Assembly: GCA_041497675.1 (NCBI GenBank)
Contig: JBGQGY010000006.1
Coordinates: 1-61,408, forward strand
DNA length: 61,408 bases
From: a bacterium
Lineage (GTDB): Bacteria; Sysuimicrobiota; Sysuimicrobiia; Sysuimicrobiales; Humicultoraceae
Direction of reading: 5' to 3'
In this document: piece after piece, positions 40,975-51,257 of the stretch
How positions within the stretch are numbered: the stretch's first letter is position 1
Layout of the letters: each line of letters begins with the position of its first letter
Notes under the pieces: model-generated
The model's database searches: none
Seen by the model: only the letters and a program-made list of their open reading frames with translations
Told to the model about the DNA's origin: nothing
Translations under genes and position numbers: made by a program

Positions 40975-42305
40975 CGGCCCCGATGCGGCAGAGCACACTG
41001 CGGGCCGCCTGGGTCTTGACCGGCCTGTTGCTGGCCGGGCTGGTGTCGTCCGGCGTCACCGTGCATGGCGGCTCGGCCCCCGCCGACGCGCTGGCTGTGC
41101 ACCGCATCATCGTCGATGGTATCATCGGCCCCTCGACGTCCCGCTTCATCCAACGCGCGATCCGCGACGCGACCGGGTCTGAGGCCCTGATCATCCAAAT
41201 CGACACTCCCGGCGGGCTGTTGAAGTCGACGGAAGAGATCACCCGCGCCATCCTCAACGCCCCGCTGCCGGTGATCGTCTATATCGCCCCGCGTGGCGCG
41301 CGCGCGGCGTCCGCCGGGGTCTTTATCACCTACAGCGCGCACGTGGCCGCGATGGCGCCGGCCACGCACCTGGGAGCGGCCACGCCCGTGAACGTCGGCG
41401 GTGAGGGCGGAAAGCCCGATGACACCATGGCGCGTAAGGTCACCAACGATGCGGTGGCCAATCTCCGCGCGATGGCCAAACGCCGCGGCCGAAACGCCGA
41501 CTGGGGCGAGAAGGCCATCCGCGAGGCCGTGTCGATCACTGAAGAAGATGCGGTCAGACTGAAGGTCGTCGATCTGCTCGCGAACGATATCATCGATCTG
41601 CTGCGCAAGATCGACGGCCGCACCGTCGAGACCGAGCGGGGGGCCGTGACGCTCCGCACCGCGCGCGCCCGCATCATCGATCGTGAGATGGACATCACCG
41701 AGCGGTTTCTGGGGCTGCTCTCCGATCCCAACATCGGCTTCATCCTCATGAACGTCGGCACGCTCGGCATCCTGGTCGAGCTCTACAACCCCGGGGCGAT
41801 CCTCCCGGGCGTCGTCGGCGGCATCGCGCTCATCCTGGGACTGGCATCGTTCGCGATCCTCGAGGTGAACGCTGCCGGGCTACTGCTGATCCTCTTTGCC
41901 GTGCTGCTGTTCATCGCCGACATCAAAGTGCCGGGGCACGGCGTCCTGACCATTGGCGGTGTCGCGGCATTTGTCTTCGGCGCGATTCTGCTCACGGAGC
42001 GCCAGATTCCGGTGTTGCAGATCTCGCTCCGGCTCATTATCGCCACGGCGGCGATGCTGGCCGGTTTCTTCCTGCTCGCGGTCAGCGCGGGCCTCCGCGC
42101 CCAACGGGTGCCGCGCAGCAGCGGCAACGAGCAGCTCGTCGGGGCGGTGGGTGTCGTGCGTTCTCGGCTCGATCCCGAAGGACAGGTGCACGTCGGGGGC
42201 GAGCTGTGGACCGCCGTCTCGGTCGGTGGACCCGTAGAAGAGGGCCGGCCCGTCCGCGTGGTCGGCGTCGAAGGCCTGCGCGTGCGGGTCAAGCCTGAAG
42301 CCTGA
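40971..42305 (+). CDS. nfeD: NfeD-family membrane-bound serine protease (ClpP class)
   Basis: IDTPGG, A.AASAG.FI, MAP.T.LGAA.PV, K..ND, TM bundle, C-terminal OB domain (L.PEG.V.V.GELW.A). Confidence 0.88.
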   Translation: MTAPMRQSTLRAAWVLTGLLLAGLVSSGVTVHGGSAPADALAVHRIIVDGIIGPSTSRFIQRAIRDATGSEALIIQIDTPGGLLKSTEEITRAILNAPLPVIVYIAPRGARAASAGVFITYSAHVAAMAPATHLGAATPVNVGGEGGKPDDTMARKVTNDAVANLRAMAKRRGRNADWGEKAIREAVSITEEDAVRLKVVDLLANDIIDLLRKIDGRTVETERGAVTLRTARARIIDREMDITERFLGLLSDPNIGFILMNVGTLGILVELYNPGAILPGVVGGIALILGLASFAILEVNAAGLLLILFAVLLFIADIKVPGHGVLTIGGVAAFVFGAILLTERQIPVLQISLRLIIATAAMLAGFFLLAVSAGLRAQRVPRSSGNEQLVGAVGVVRSRLDPEGQVHVGGELWTAVSVGGPVEEGRPVRVVGVEGLRVRVKPEA

Positions 42306-42787
42306 CCACGCCCACCTCCGCACGTCTGGCGCTCAGCGTCGAGACGCACTCCGAGGACGCAACTGAAGCACTCGGCCGGCGGATCGGCGCCCGGCTTCGC
42401 GCCGGCGACTGCGTGGCGTTCATCGGGCCGCTCGGGGCCGGAAAGACGGCCCTCGCCCGCGGCATCGCACAGGGGGCGGGTGCTTCCGGATACATGGCCA
42501 GCCCGTCGTTCGTGCTGATTCGCGAATACACCGGCCGCGTGCGCGTGTTTCACGCGGATCTCTACCGCCTTGAGCGTCGCGAGGAGATCGACACGCTTGG
42601 TCTCGAGGATCTCTTTGATGGTGAAGGGATCGTCCTCATCGAGTGGGCCGATCGCGCCCCGTGGGTCCTCCCCGACGACCACGTGATGATCGAGTGTGGG
42701 TTTGGCTCGACGTCTACCGAGCGCGTGTTCACCGTGACGATGCCTGCGGCGATACGCGGCCGTCTTGAGGCCGCGGTGAGCGGGTAG
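42302..42787 (+). CDS. tsaE: tRNA threonylcarbamoyladenosine biosynthesis ATPase
   Basis: G.LGAGKT, SPSF..IREY, HADLYRL, IEW. The conserved N-terminal helix lies upstream of the first GTG (42413); start placed tentatively at CTG 42302. Confidence 0.9.
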   Translation: MTTPTSARLALSVETHSEDATEALGRRIGARLRAGDCVAFIGPLGAGKTALARGIAQGAGASGYMASPSFVLIREYTGRVRVFHADLYRLERREEIDTLGLEDLFDGEGIVLIEWADRAPWVLPDDHVMIECGFGSTSTERVFTVTMPAAIRGRLEAAVSG

Positions 42788-42791
42788 GGCC

Positions 42792-43478
42792 GTGCTGGTG
42801 TTGGGGATCGAGACCGCGACCGCGCGCGGCAGCGTGGCGGTGGTCGGACCGGCAGGGCCGATCGGCGCGCGCGCGGCGCACGTCCCCCGTGGTCATCTCG
42901 AGTGGTTACTGCCCGCGATCGACGAGCTGCTGACCGCATTGGGTCTCACGCGCCAGGCGGTCGAGGGGCTCGCGGTCTCGATCGGTCCGGGGGGATTCAC
43001 CGGGCTGCGTATCGGCCTGATGACGGCCATGGCCTGGGCAATCGGCGCCGGCCGGCCGGTCGTCGCGGTGTCGACACTCGAGGCGATCGCCGTGGGGCTT
43101 CAACACCGGGGCCTCGGGCTGGCGGTGCTCGATGCGCGCCGCGAGCAGGTGACCGCCGCCCTGTTCCGCGCAGACGCCGCCGGGGCGCATCGCCTCACGC
43201 CCGATCTGCTCGTTCGCCCCGCCGACCTTCCGGCGCAGCTGCCGCCCATCGACGAGCCGGTGCTGCTGGCGGGCGATGCGCTCGAGCGCCGCGCCGGCGC
43301 GCTCCTTGCGGCGCTCGCGCCGCACGCGGCGGCCGCCGCGCCCGAGCAATGGTGGCCACGGGCCGAGGTCGTGGGGATGTTGGGCCGGGCGCGTCTCGCC
43401 GCGGGCGAGTCCGATGACGCGCTCCGGCTGGTCCCGCGCTACGCGCGGGCGCCCGATGCGCCCGAGTTTACGGCGTAG
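42792..43478 (+). CDS. tsaB: t6A biosynthesis protein TsaB
   Basis: LGIETA, H...LLP.I, GPG.FTGLRIG, DARR..V. Confidence 0.93.
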   Translation: MLVLGIETATARGSVAVVGPAGPIGARAAHVPRGHLEWLLPAIDELLTALGLTRQAVEGLAVSIGPGGFTGLRIGLMTAMAWAIGAGRPVVAVSTLEAIAVGLQHRGLGLAVLDARREQVTAALFRADAAGAHRLTPDLLVRPADLPAQLPPIDEPVLLAGDALERRAGALLAALAPHAAAAAPEQWWPRAEVVGMLGRARLAAGESDDALRLVPRYARAPDAPEFTA

Positions 43479-43499
43479 GCGCTTGGTGGAGGAACCCCC

Positions 43500-44075
43500 A
43501 TGCGGGATCAAGAAGCCGAATCGCACAGCGGTGGCGCTCGACCCAGCGAAGGGACGACCGTGAAACAGATCACGCGCGTCCGAATTGATCCGATGTCACT
43601 TGCCGACATCCCGCGCGTGCGGGATATTGAGCAAGAGGCGTTTGCGGTCCCCTGGCCAAAGGACGCGTATCGCGCCGAGCTCGAGGAGAACCAGGTCGCC
43701 TGCTACATCGTCGCGCGCGCCGATGAGGATCGCATCGCAGGGTTTGCGGGCATGTGGATCATCTTCGACGAGGCGCACGTGACCACAATCGCGGTCGAGA
43801 GAGGGCAGCGGGGGCACCGCGTCGGCGAACGATTGATGCTCGCGCTCATCGACCGCGCGCTCGAACGTGGTGCCCGCTGGATGACGCTGGAAGTGCGTCC
43901 CTCGAACGCGGTCGCGCTGGCTCTCTATCGCAAGTTTGGGTTCCGCGACGTCGCACTGCGCAAGCGGTATTACAGCGACAACGGTGAAGACGCCGTGGTG
44001 ATGTGGAGCGGGAACCTTCGCGAGGCCGAATCGCAGGGTCGCCTCGAAGCCGCGCGCCGCGAGTTCAGTTCGTAG
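43500..44075 (+). CDS. rimI: Ribosomal-protein-alanine N-acetyltransferase
   Basis: IE..AF..PW, DEAHVTTIAV, TLEVR.SN..A..LY.KFGF....RKRYY.DN.EDA..M; start may be GTG 43560. Confidence 0.92.
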   Translation: MRDQEAESHSGGARPSEGTTVKQITRVRIDPMSLADIPRVRDIEQEAFAVPWPKDAYRAELEENQVACYIVARADEDRIAGFAGMWIIFDEAHVTTIAVERGQRGHRVGERLMLALIDRALERGARWMTLEVRPSNAVALALYRKFGFRDVALRKRYYSDNGEDAVVMWSGNLREAESQGRLEAARREFSS

Positions 44076-44094
44076 TCACGCCGTCCCTCCTGTC

Positions 44095-45090
44095 ATGCTG
44101 GTTCTGGGCATCGAGACCTCGTGTGACGAAACCGCGGCGGCCGTCGTCGAAGACGGCGTCCGCATCCGCAGTACCATCGTGGCCTCGCAGGCCGAGCTGC
44201 ATCAACGATACGGCGGTGTCGTACCCGAACTCGCCTCGCGCCGCCACGTCGAGCGTCTATTGCCCGTCGTCGGGCTGGCCCTCGAACAGGCGGGGGTGGC
44301 GTGGCCGGACATCAACGGGATCGCGGTCACACGCGGTCCGGGACTGGTGGGGGCGCTCGCCGTCGGGATGGCCGCGGCCAAGACGCTCGCGTTCGTGCGC
44401 GGCCTGCCGATCGTGGGGGTCAATCACCTGGAGGGCCACCTGTTTGCCAACGCCATTGATCACGGGCCGCTCCCCGCGCCGTCGCTCGCGTTGATCGTCT
44501 CTGGGGGGCACACCGATCTCGTCCATATCGAAGGCCCCCACACCTATACGATCCTGGGCCGCACGCGCGACGACGCCGCCGGCGAGGCGTTCGACAAAGT
44601 GGCCCGGGCAATGGGTCTGGGCTACCCCGGAGGACCGGCGCTCGACCGCCTCGGCCAGGGTGGCGATAGTGCGCTTGCCCCGCTGCCGATTCCATTTGCG
44701 GGCCGCGGGTACGACTTCTCGTTCAGCGGGATCAAGACCGCGGCGCTGCGCGTGCTGGCGGCGCACCCCAACCCCGATCAAACACTCCTTGCCGGTCTCG
44801 CCGCCTCGCTGCAGCAGGTCGTGGCGGAGGCGCTGGTCCGCAAGGTCGCCCGCGCGGCACGCGAGTATCATCCCGCGGCCATCCTCTTGGCGGGGGGGGT
44901 CGCTGCCAACTCGGTCCTTCGGAGGCGGCTGGCTCACGAAGCCGAGACTCTGGGCGTGCCCGTGCAGATTCCGCCGCCGGCGCTGTGCACCGACAACGCC
45001 GCGATGATCGCGGCCTGTGGGACGCCCCGCCTGGCCGGGGGGGCAGCGGACCCCTGGGACCTCACCGTGGCGGCCGACCTGCCCTTGTGA
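44095..45090 (+). CDS. tsaD: t6A transferase TsaD
   Basis: LGIETSCDET, GGVVPE.ASR.H, HLEGH, VSGGHT, DDA.GEAFDK, FSFSG.KT, CTDNAAMI. Confidence 0.97.
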   Translation: MLVLGIETSCDETAAAVVEDGVRIRSTIVASQAELHQRYGGVVPELASRRHVERLLPVVGLALEQAGVAWPDINGIAVTRGPGLVGALAVGMAAAKTLAFVRGLPIVGVNHLEGHLFANAIDHGPLPAPSLALIVSGGHTDLVHIEGPHTYTILGRTRDDAAGEAFDKVARAMGLGYPGGPALDRLGQGGDSALAPLPIPFAGRGYDFSFSGIKTAALRVLAAHPNPDQTLLAGLAASLQQVVAEALVRKVARAAREYHPAAILLAGGVAANSVLRRRLAHEAETLGVPVQIPPPALCTDNAAMIAACGTPRLAGGAADPWDLTVAADLPL

Positions 45091-45112
45091 GGCGCGGGGC
45101 GAAAAATGGGGC

Positions 45113-45141
45113 TTGATTGCCGACCGGAGGTTGCCTAATAT
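45113..45141 (+). promoter_or_regulatory. sigma70 promoter of groES-groEL
   Basis: TTGATT (45113-18), 17 nt, TAATAT (45136-41), immediately upstream of CIRCE. Confidence 0.65.
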
Positions 45142-45149
45142 GGTGAGTG

Positions 45150-45176
45150 CTGGCACTCTCGAGCCGAGAGTGCCAA
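45150..45176 (+). promoter_or_regulatory. CIRCE element (HrcA operator)
   Basis: CTGGCACTC-N9-GAGTGCCAA versus consensus TTAGCACTC-N9-GAGTGCTAA, upstream of groES. Confidence 0.9.
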
Positions 45177-45227
45177 TTCCTCGCAGGCCAATAATCCGGA
45201 TGCACATACCAAGGAGGGACTGGATTC

Positions 45228-47167
<1,940 letters not shown>

Positions 47168-47203
47168 GAACGTTGTCCTGCCGAGACACAGCATCTGGCA
47201 GTC

Positions 47204-47236
47204 GGGGCCCGCGGATCTCCGCGGGCCCCACGTTTT
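47204..47236 (+). terminator. Intrinsic terminator after groEL
   Basis: Perfect GC hairpin GGGGCCCGCGGA-tc-TCCGCGGGCCCC followed by ACGTTTT. Confidence 0.8.
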
Positions 47237-47241
47237 CCCCC

Positions 47242-47304
47242 TTGATATCGTGCGACATTATTGCTACTATCTGGCTTGGCAATCCCATCAAAACCCCATA
47301 TCTT
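47242..47304 (+). promoter_or_regulatory. Tandem sigma70 promoter candidates for the pur operon
   Basis: TTGATA(47242-47)-17-TACTAT(47265-70) and TTGGCA(47276-81)-17-TATCTT(47299-304). Confidence 0.55.
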
Positions 47305-47310
47305 GTACCG

Positions 47311-47355
47311 GAAGACGAACAATATATGCCATCTCTACAGAGAATGTTCGTCATC
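47311..47355. promoter_or_regulatory. Putative paired PurBox (Bacillus-type PurR operator)
   Basis: GAAGACGAACAATA (47311-24), 17 nt, inverted copy GAATGTTCGTCATC (47342-55); both carry the CGAAC core. Confidence 0.45.
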
Positions 47356-48615
47356 GGCGGTGGCGGCAGGGAGCATGCGCTTGTCTGGCACCTGGCGCGC
47401 ACCTACCCGGACGCTTCCATCTCTTGTGCTCCCGGGAATCCTGGGATCGCGTCGCTGGCCACCTGCTTACCTATTTCCACACATGACCTAGTCGGTCTCG
47501 CGGACGCGGCCACATCGATAGGTGCTGACCTCACGATCGTCGGCCCCGAGGCCCCCCTCGTCGCGGGCGTCGTGGATGTCTTCGCCGAGCGGGGCTTGCG
47601 GATTCTCGGACCCACGGCCGCGGCGGCGCGGCTCGAGGGGTCAAAAGTGTTTGCCAAGGATCTGATGCGGCGGCATCGCATCCCGTCAGCCGACTATCGG
47701 GCGTTCGACGACGCCGGCGAGGCCGTCAGGCACGCGCGCCGCCTGCGGGGTCCCTCGGTCGTGAAGGCCGATGGTCTGGCGGCGGGTAAGGGCGTCATCG
47801 TCTGCGACGACGCTGGTGACGCCGTGCACGCGGTGCAGGCCCTGATGGTCGATCGGGCTTTTGGGGACGCGGGCGGGCGTGTGCTCATCGAAGAGCGGCT
47901 CGAAGGCCACGAGGTCAGTGTGTTCGCGCTGGTTGACGGCGAGGCCACCTGTCTGCTGCCCGCGGCGCAGGATCACAAACGAATCTTCGATGGTGATCGG
48001 GGGCCGAACACCGGCGGGATGGGCGCGGTCGCGCCGTATCCCTTGCCTGTGCCTTTGCTCGAACGGGTTCGTCGCGAGATCATCGAGCCCGTCGCGCACG
48101 CCATGGCCGCCGAGGGTGCACCATTCCGCGGCGTGCTGTTCGTGGGCCTCATGCTCACGCGTGACGGCCCCCGCGTGATCGAGTTCAACTGCCGGTTTGG
48201 CGATCCCGAGGCGCAGGTGCTGATGCCGCTGCTGTCGGCGGGACTGCCCGACGTGTTCGACCGCCTGCGGGCGGGCGACACCGTGCCCAGGGACGACGAC
48301 GCGGCCCGCGGCGCAGCGGCCGGCGTCGTGCTCGCGTCGCGGGGCTATCCCGAGAAGCCCGAGATCGGGTTCGAGATCCGCGGTCTTGACGACGCCGCGC
48401 GCGATGCGCGCGTGTTCCACAATGGGACAGCCGTTCGCGACGGCCGGGTGGTGACCGCCGGCGGCCGCGTGCTGACGATCGTCGGGCAGGGAGCAGATAT
48501 CGAGACCGCGCGGGCGGCCGCGTATCGCGCCGCCGCCCGCATCTCGTTCGAGGGGATGCACTACCGCCGCGACATCGGCGGACGCGCGCCCCACGCGGCC
48601 GTCAGCGGGGTGTAG
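47326..48615 (+). CDS. purD: Phosphoribosylamine--glycine ligase
   Basis: IG.GGREHAL, APGNPG, VGPEAPL, KADGLAAGKGV, QDHKR..DGD.GPNTGGMGA, EFNCRFGDPE. Start 47326 or 47344; the ORF-track start at 47173 is upstream of the terminator. Confidence 0.96.
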   Translation: MPSLQRMFVIGGGGREHALVWHLARTYPDASISCAPGNPGIASLATCLPISTHDLVGLADAATSIGADLTIVGPEAPLVAGVVDVFAERGLRILGPTAAAARLEGSKVFAKDLMRRHRIPSADYRAFDDAGEAVRHARRLRGPSVVKADGLAAGKGVIVCDDAGDAVHAVQALMVDRAFGDAGGRVLIEERLEGHEVSVFALVDGEATCLLPAAQDHKRIFDGDRGPNTGGMGAVAPYPLPVPLLERVRREIIEPVAHAMAAEGAPFRGVLFVGLMLTRDGPRVIEFNCRFGDPEAQVLMPLLSAGLPDVFDRLRAGDTVPRDDDAARGAAAGVVLASRGYPEKPEIGFEIRGLDDAARDARVFHNGTAVRDGRVVTAGGRVLTIVGQGADIETARAAAYRAAARISFEGMHYRRDIGGRAPHAAVSGV

Positions 48616-48618
48616 GCG

Positions 48619-49911
48619 ATGGCCGTGACTGCGGTTGTCGGAGGGCACTGGGGCGACGAGGGCAAGGGTAAGGTCGTCGACGTGCTCACCGCCGAGCACG
48701 ATCTCGTCATCCGGTACAACGGCGGCGCCAACGCCGGGCATACGATCGTCGACGAACGCGGTACCTTCCGGCTGCATCTCGTGCCGTCGGGGGTGCTGCA
48801 CCCCAACGTCACCTGCCTGATTGGACCCGGCGTCGTGGTCAACCCCGACGTCCTGATCGAAGAGCTGCGCACCCTCGAAGCCGAGGGGATTTCGACCCAC
48901 AACGTCCTGATCTCGACCCGGGCGCAGCTGCTCTTTCCGCACCACGTGACGCTCGACGTCCTCGAGGAACAATCGCGCGGCAAGGGACAGCACGGCACGA
49001 CCAAACAGGGTATCTGGCCGGCGTACGCCGACAAAGTGTCACGCACGGGGGTGCGTGTGGGTGACCTGCTCCACGAGGCGCACCTCGTCGAGCAGGTACG
49101 CTACCAGGCCTCGCGGACGAGCCGGCTGATGACCGGGGTGTACGGCCACGAGGCGCTCGACGTCGAGGCCGTGGTGGCGCACTGCCGCCGGTGGCGAGAG
49201 GTCCTCGGGGCGCGCATCGTCGACAGCCACCCGCTGGTCCAGCGCGCGCTGCGCGCCGACCGGCGCATCCTGCTCGAAGGGCATCTGGGCGTGATGCGCG
49301 ATCTCGACTGGGGCATCTATCCGTACGTTACGTCGTCGACCTGTCTCCCGGGCGGCGCCGCTGCGGGTGCCGGCGTGCCTGCGGGCAAGATCACGCGCGT
49401 GGTGGGTGTCGTCAAAGCCTATACGACCGCCGTGGGCGCCGGGCCCATGCCGACCGAACTCGACGATGACATGGGTGCGCGGCTGCGCGACCTGGGGCAG
49501 GAGTTTGGGACGACCACCGGCCGGCCCAGACGATGCGGGTGGTTCGACGGTGTCGCGGCGCGCTATGCCGCCGAGGTCGCCGGGTTCACCGAACTGGCCA
49601 TCATGAAGCTCGACGTACTCAGCGGGCTCGACACCGTGAAGATCTGCACGGCCTACCGCTACCGCGGCGACATCGTGGAGGGCATGCCCGACACACCCGT
49701 GCTGGCCGACGTCGAGCCGGTCTACGAGACGCTGCCGGGGTGGCGCCTGCCCGAGCGCGTGTCGTCCTTCGAGTCGCTTCCGTCTGCGGCCAGACAATTC
49801 GTCGATCGCGTCGCCGCGCTGACCGAGACGCCGGTCACGATGGTCGGCGTGGGCCGCGATCGCGAGGCGCTCGTGCGCGACGCCGCATCGGGCGCCGGGG
49901 TGTGGCGGTGA
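48619..49911 (+). CDS. purA: Adenylosuccinate synthetase (divergent)
   Basis: WGDEGKGK, GGANAGHT, YPYVTSS, KAYTT.VG.GP.PTE, GTTTGRPRRCGW, KLDVL. Confidence 0.93.
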   Translation: MAVTAVVGGHWGDEGKGKVVDVLTAEHDLVIRYNGGANAGHTIVDERGTFRLHLVPSGVLHPNVTCLIGPGVVVNPDVLIEELRTLEAEGISTHNVLISTRAQLLFPHHVTLDVLEEQSRGKGQHGTTKQGIWPAYADKVSRTGVRVGDLLHEAHLVEQVRYQASRTSRLMTGVYGHEALDVEAVVAHCRRWREVLGARIVDSHPLVQRALRADRRILLEGHLGVMRDLDWGIYPYVTSSTCLPGGAAAGAGVPAGKITRVVGVVKAYTTAVGAGPMPTELDDDMGARLRDLGQEFGTTTGRPRRCGWFDGVAARYAAEVAGFTELAIMKLDVLSGLDTVKICTAYRYRGDIVEGMPDTPVLADVEPVYETLPGWRLPERVSSFESLPSAARQFVDRVAALTETPVTMVGVGRDREALVRDAASGAGVWR

Positions 49912-51257
49912 TTGACCGCTACGCCACACCCGAGATGCGCGCCCTGTGGGCGGCGGAAACCAAGTTTGCGCTCTGGCTCGAGATCGAGCTGCTGACGGTC
50001 GAAGCGCAGGCCGAGCGCGGCGAGGTGCCGCGCGAGATCGCCGAGCGGCTCCGCCGCACCGCGACGTGCGGGACACCGGCCCGTATCGATGAGATCGAGC
50101 GCACCGAGACGCAGCACGACGTGGTCGCGTTCTTGAGGTCGGTCGCCGAGCTGACCGGGCCGGACGCCTCGCACCTGCACCGCGGTCTGGGGTCGTCGGA
50201 TGTTGTCGATACCGCGCAGTCGGTGCTGCTGGTACGCGCGGCCGATCTGATCCTGAAGGCCATGACCGACGTGCTCGCGGTGACCGCGACGCTGGCCGAC
50301 CGGCACCGGCACACGGTGATGGCGGGCCGGACGCACGGCATGCACGCTGAGCCCATCACGTTCGGTGTGAAGGTCGCGTGGTGGCACGCGGAGCTCGGCC
50401 GCGCCGAGACGCGGGTCCGAGCGGCGTGCGAGGCGGTGCGCGTCGGCAAACTGTCAGGTGAAGTCGGGACGTTCATCCATAACCCACCAGAGATCGAGGC
50501 CGCGGTGTGCGCGCGGCTGGGATTGCACCCCGCGCCCACCAGCAGCCAAGTGCTCGACCGCGACCGGCACGCCGAATATGTCGCCGCGCTCGCCATCCTG
50601 GCCGGATCCGTCGAGAAGATCGCGACCGAGATCCGTACGATGCAGCGCACCGAGTTGCACGAGGTCGAGGAGCCGTTCAGCGCGCGGCAGACCGGGTCGT
50701 CGGCGATGCCGCACAAGCGCAACCCGATCCTCAGCGAACGCCTGGTCGGTTTGGCGCGCACGCTGCGCAGCAACGCGCTGGTCGCGATGGAGAATCAAGC
50801 GCTGTGGGGCGAGCGCGACATCAGCCACTCGTCGGCCGAACGCATCATCCTCCCACAGGCCACATCTGTTATCCACTACATGTTGATCACGCTCCACCGT
50901 GTCCTGTCCGGGTTGCGGGTCTTCCCGGATGCCATGCGTCGGAATCTGGACGCGAGCGGTGGTCTCGTGTTCAGCCACCGCGTGCTGCTCGCGTTGATCG
51001 ACAAGGGTCGGTTGCGCGAGGACGCGTACCGCATCGTTCAGAATGCCGCGACGTCCGCTGTGGAGGGTCGGGGCGATTTTCGCGCGCTGCTCGTAGCGGG
51101 CGGAGCCCTCACGCCGTCTGAACTGGAGGCCTGCTTCGATCTGACCCCGTATCTGCGACACGTGGATCTCATTCTCGAACGCGCGGGCATCCCGCGGGTC
51201 GGCGCGCGTCAAGACCCGGCCGTGGCCGTGCCCCAACGGCAGGGTACGCCTCGATGA
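49908..51257 (+). CDS. purB: Adenylosuccinate lyase
   Basis: IDRY...EM..LW, HDVVAF, GRTHG.HAEP.TFG, GSSAMPHKRNP, ERDISHSS.ER; GTG 49908. Confidence 0.96.
   Translation: MIDRYATPEMRALWAAETKFALWLEIELLTVEAQAERGEVPREIAERLRRTATCGTPARIDEIERTETQHDVVAFLRSVAELTGPDASHLHRGLGSSDVVDTAQSVLLVRAADLILKAMTDVLAVTATLADRHRHTVMAGRTHGMHAEPITFGVKVAWWHAELGRAETRVRAACEAVRVGKLSGEVGTFIHNPPEIEAAVCARLGLHPAPTSSQVLDRDRHAEYVAALAILAGSVEKIATEIRTMQRTELHEVEEPFSARQTGSSAMPHKRNPILSERLVGLARTLRSNALVAMENQALWGERDISHSSAERIILPQATSVIHYMLITLHRVLSGLRVFPDAMRRNLDASGGLVFSHRVLLALIDKGRLREDAYRIVQNAATSAVEGRGDFRALLVAGGALTPSELEACFDLTPYLRHVDLILERAGIPRVGARQDPAVAVPQRQGTPR

Noticed and set aside
48619-49911. PurZ (Z-base, aminoadenine pathway) instead of PurA
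   Set aside because: The catalytic Asp in GDEGKG is retained (PurZ has Ser), the gene sits in a host pur operon, and there is no phage context.
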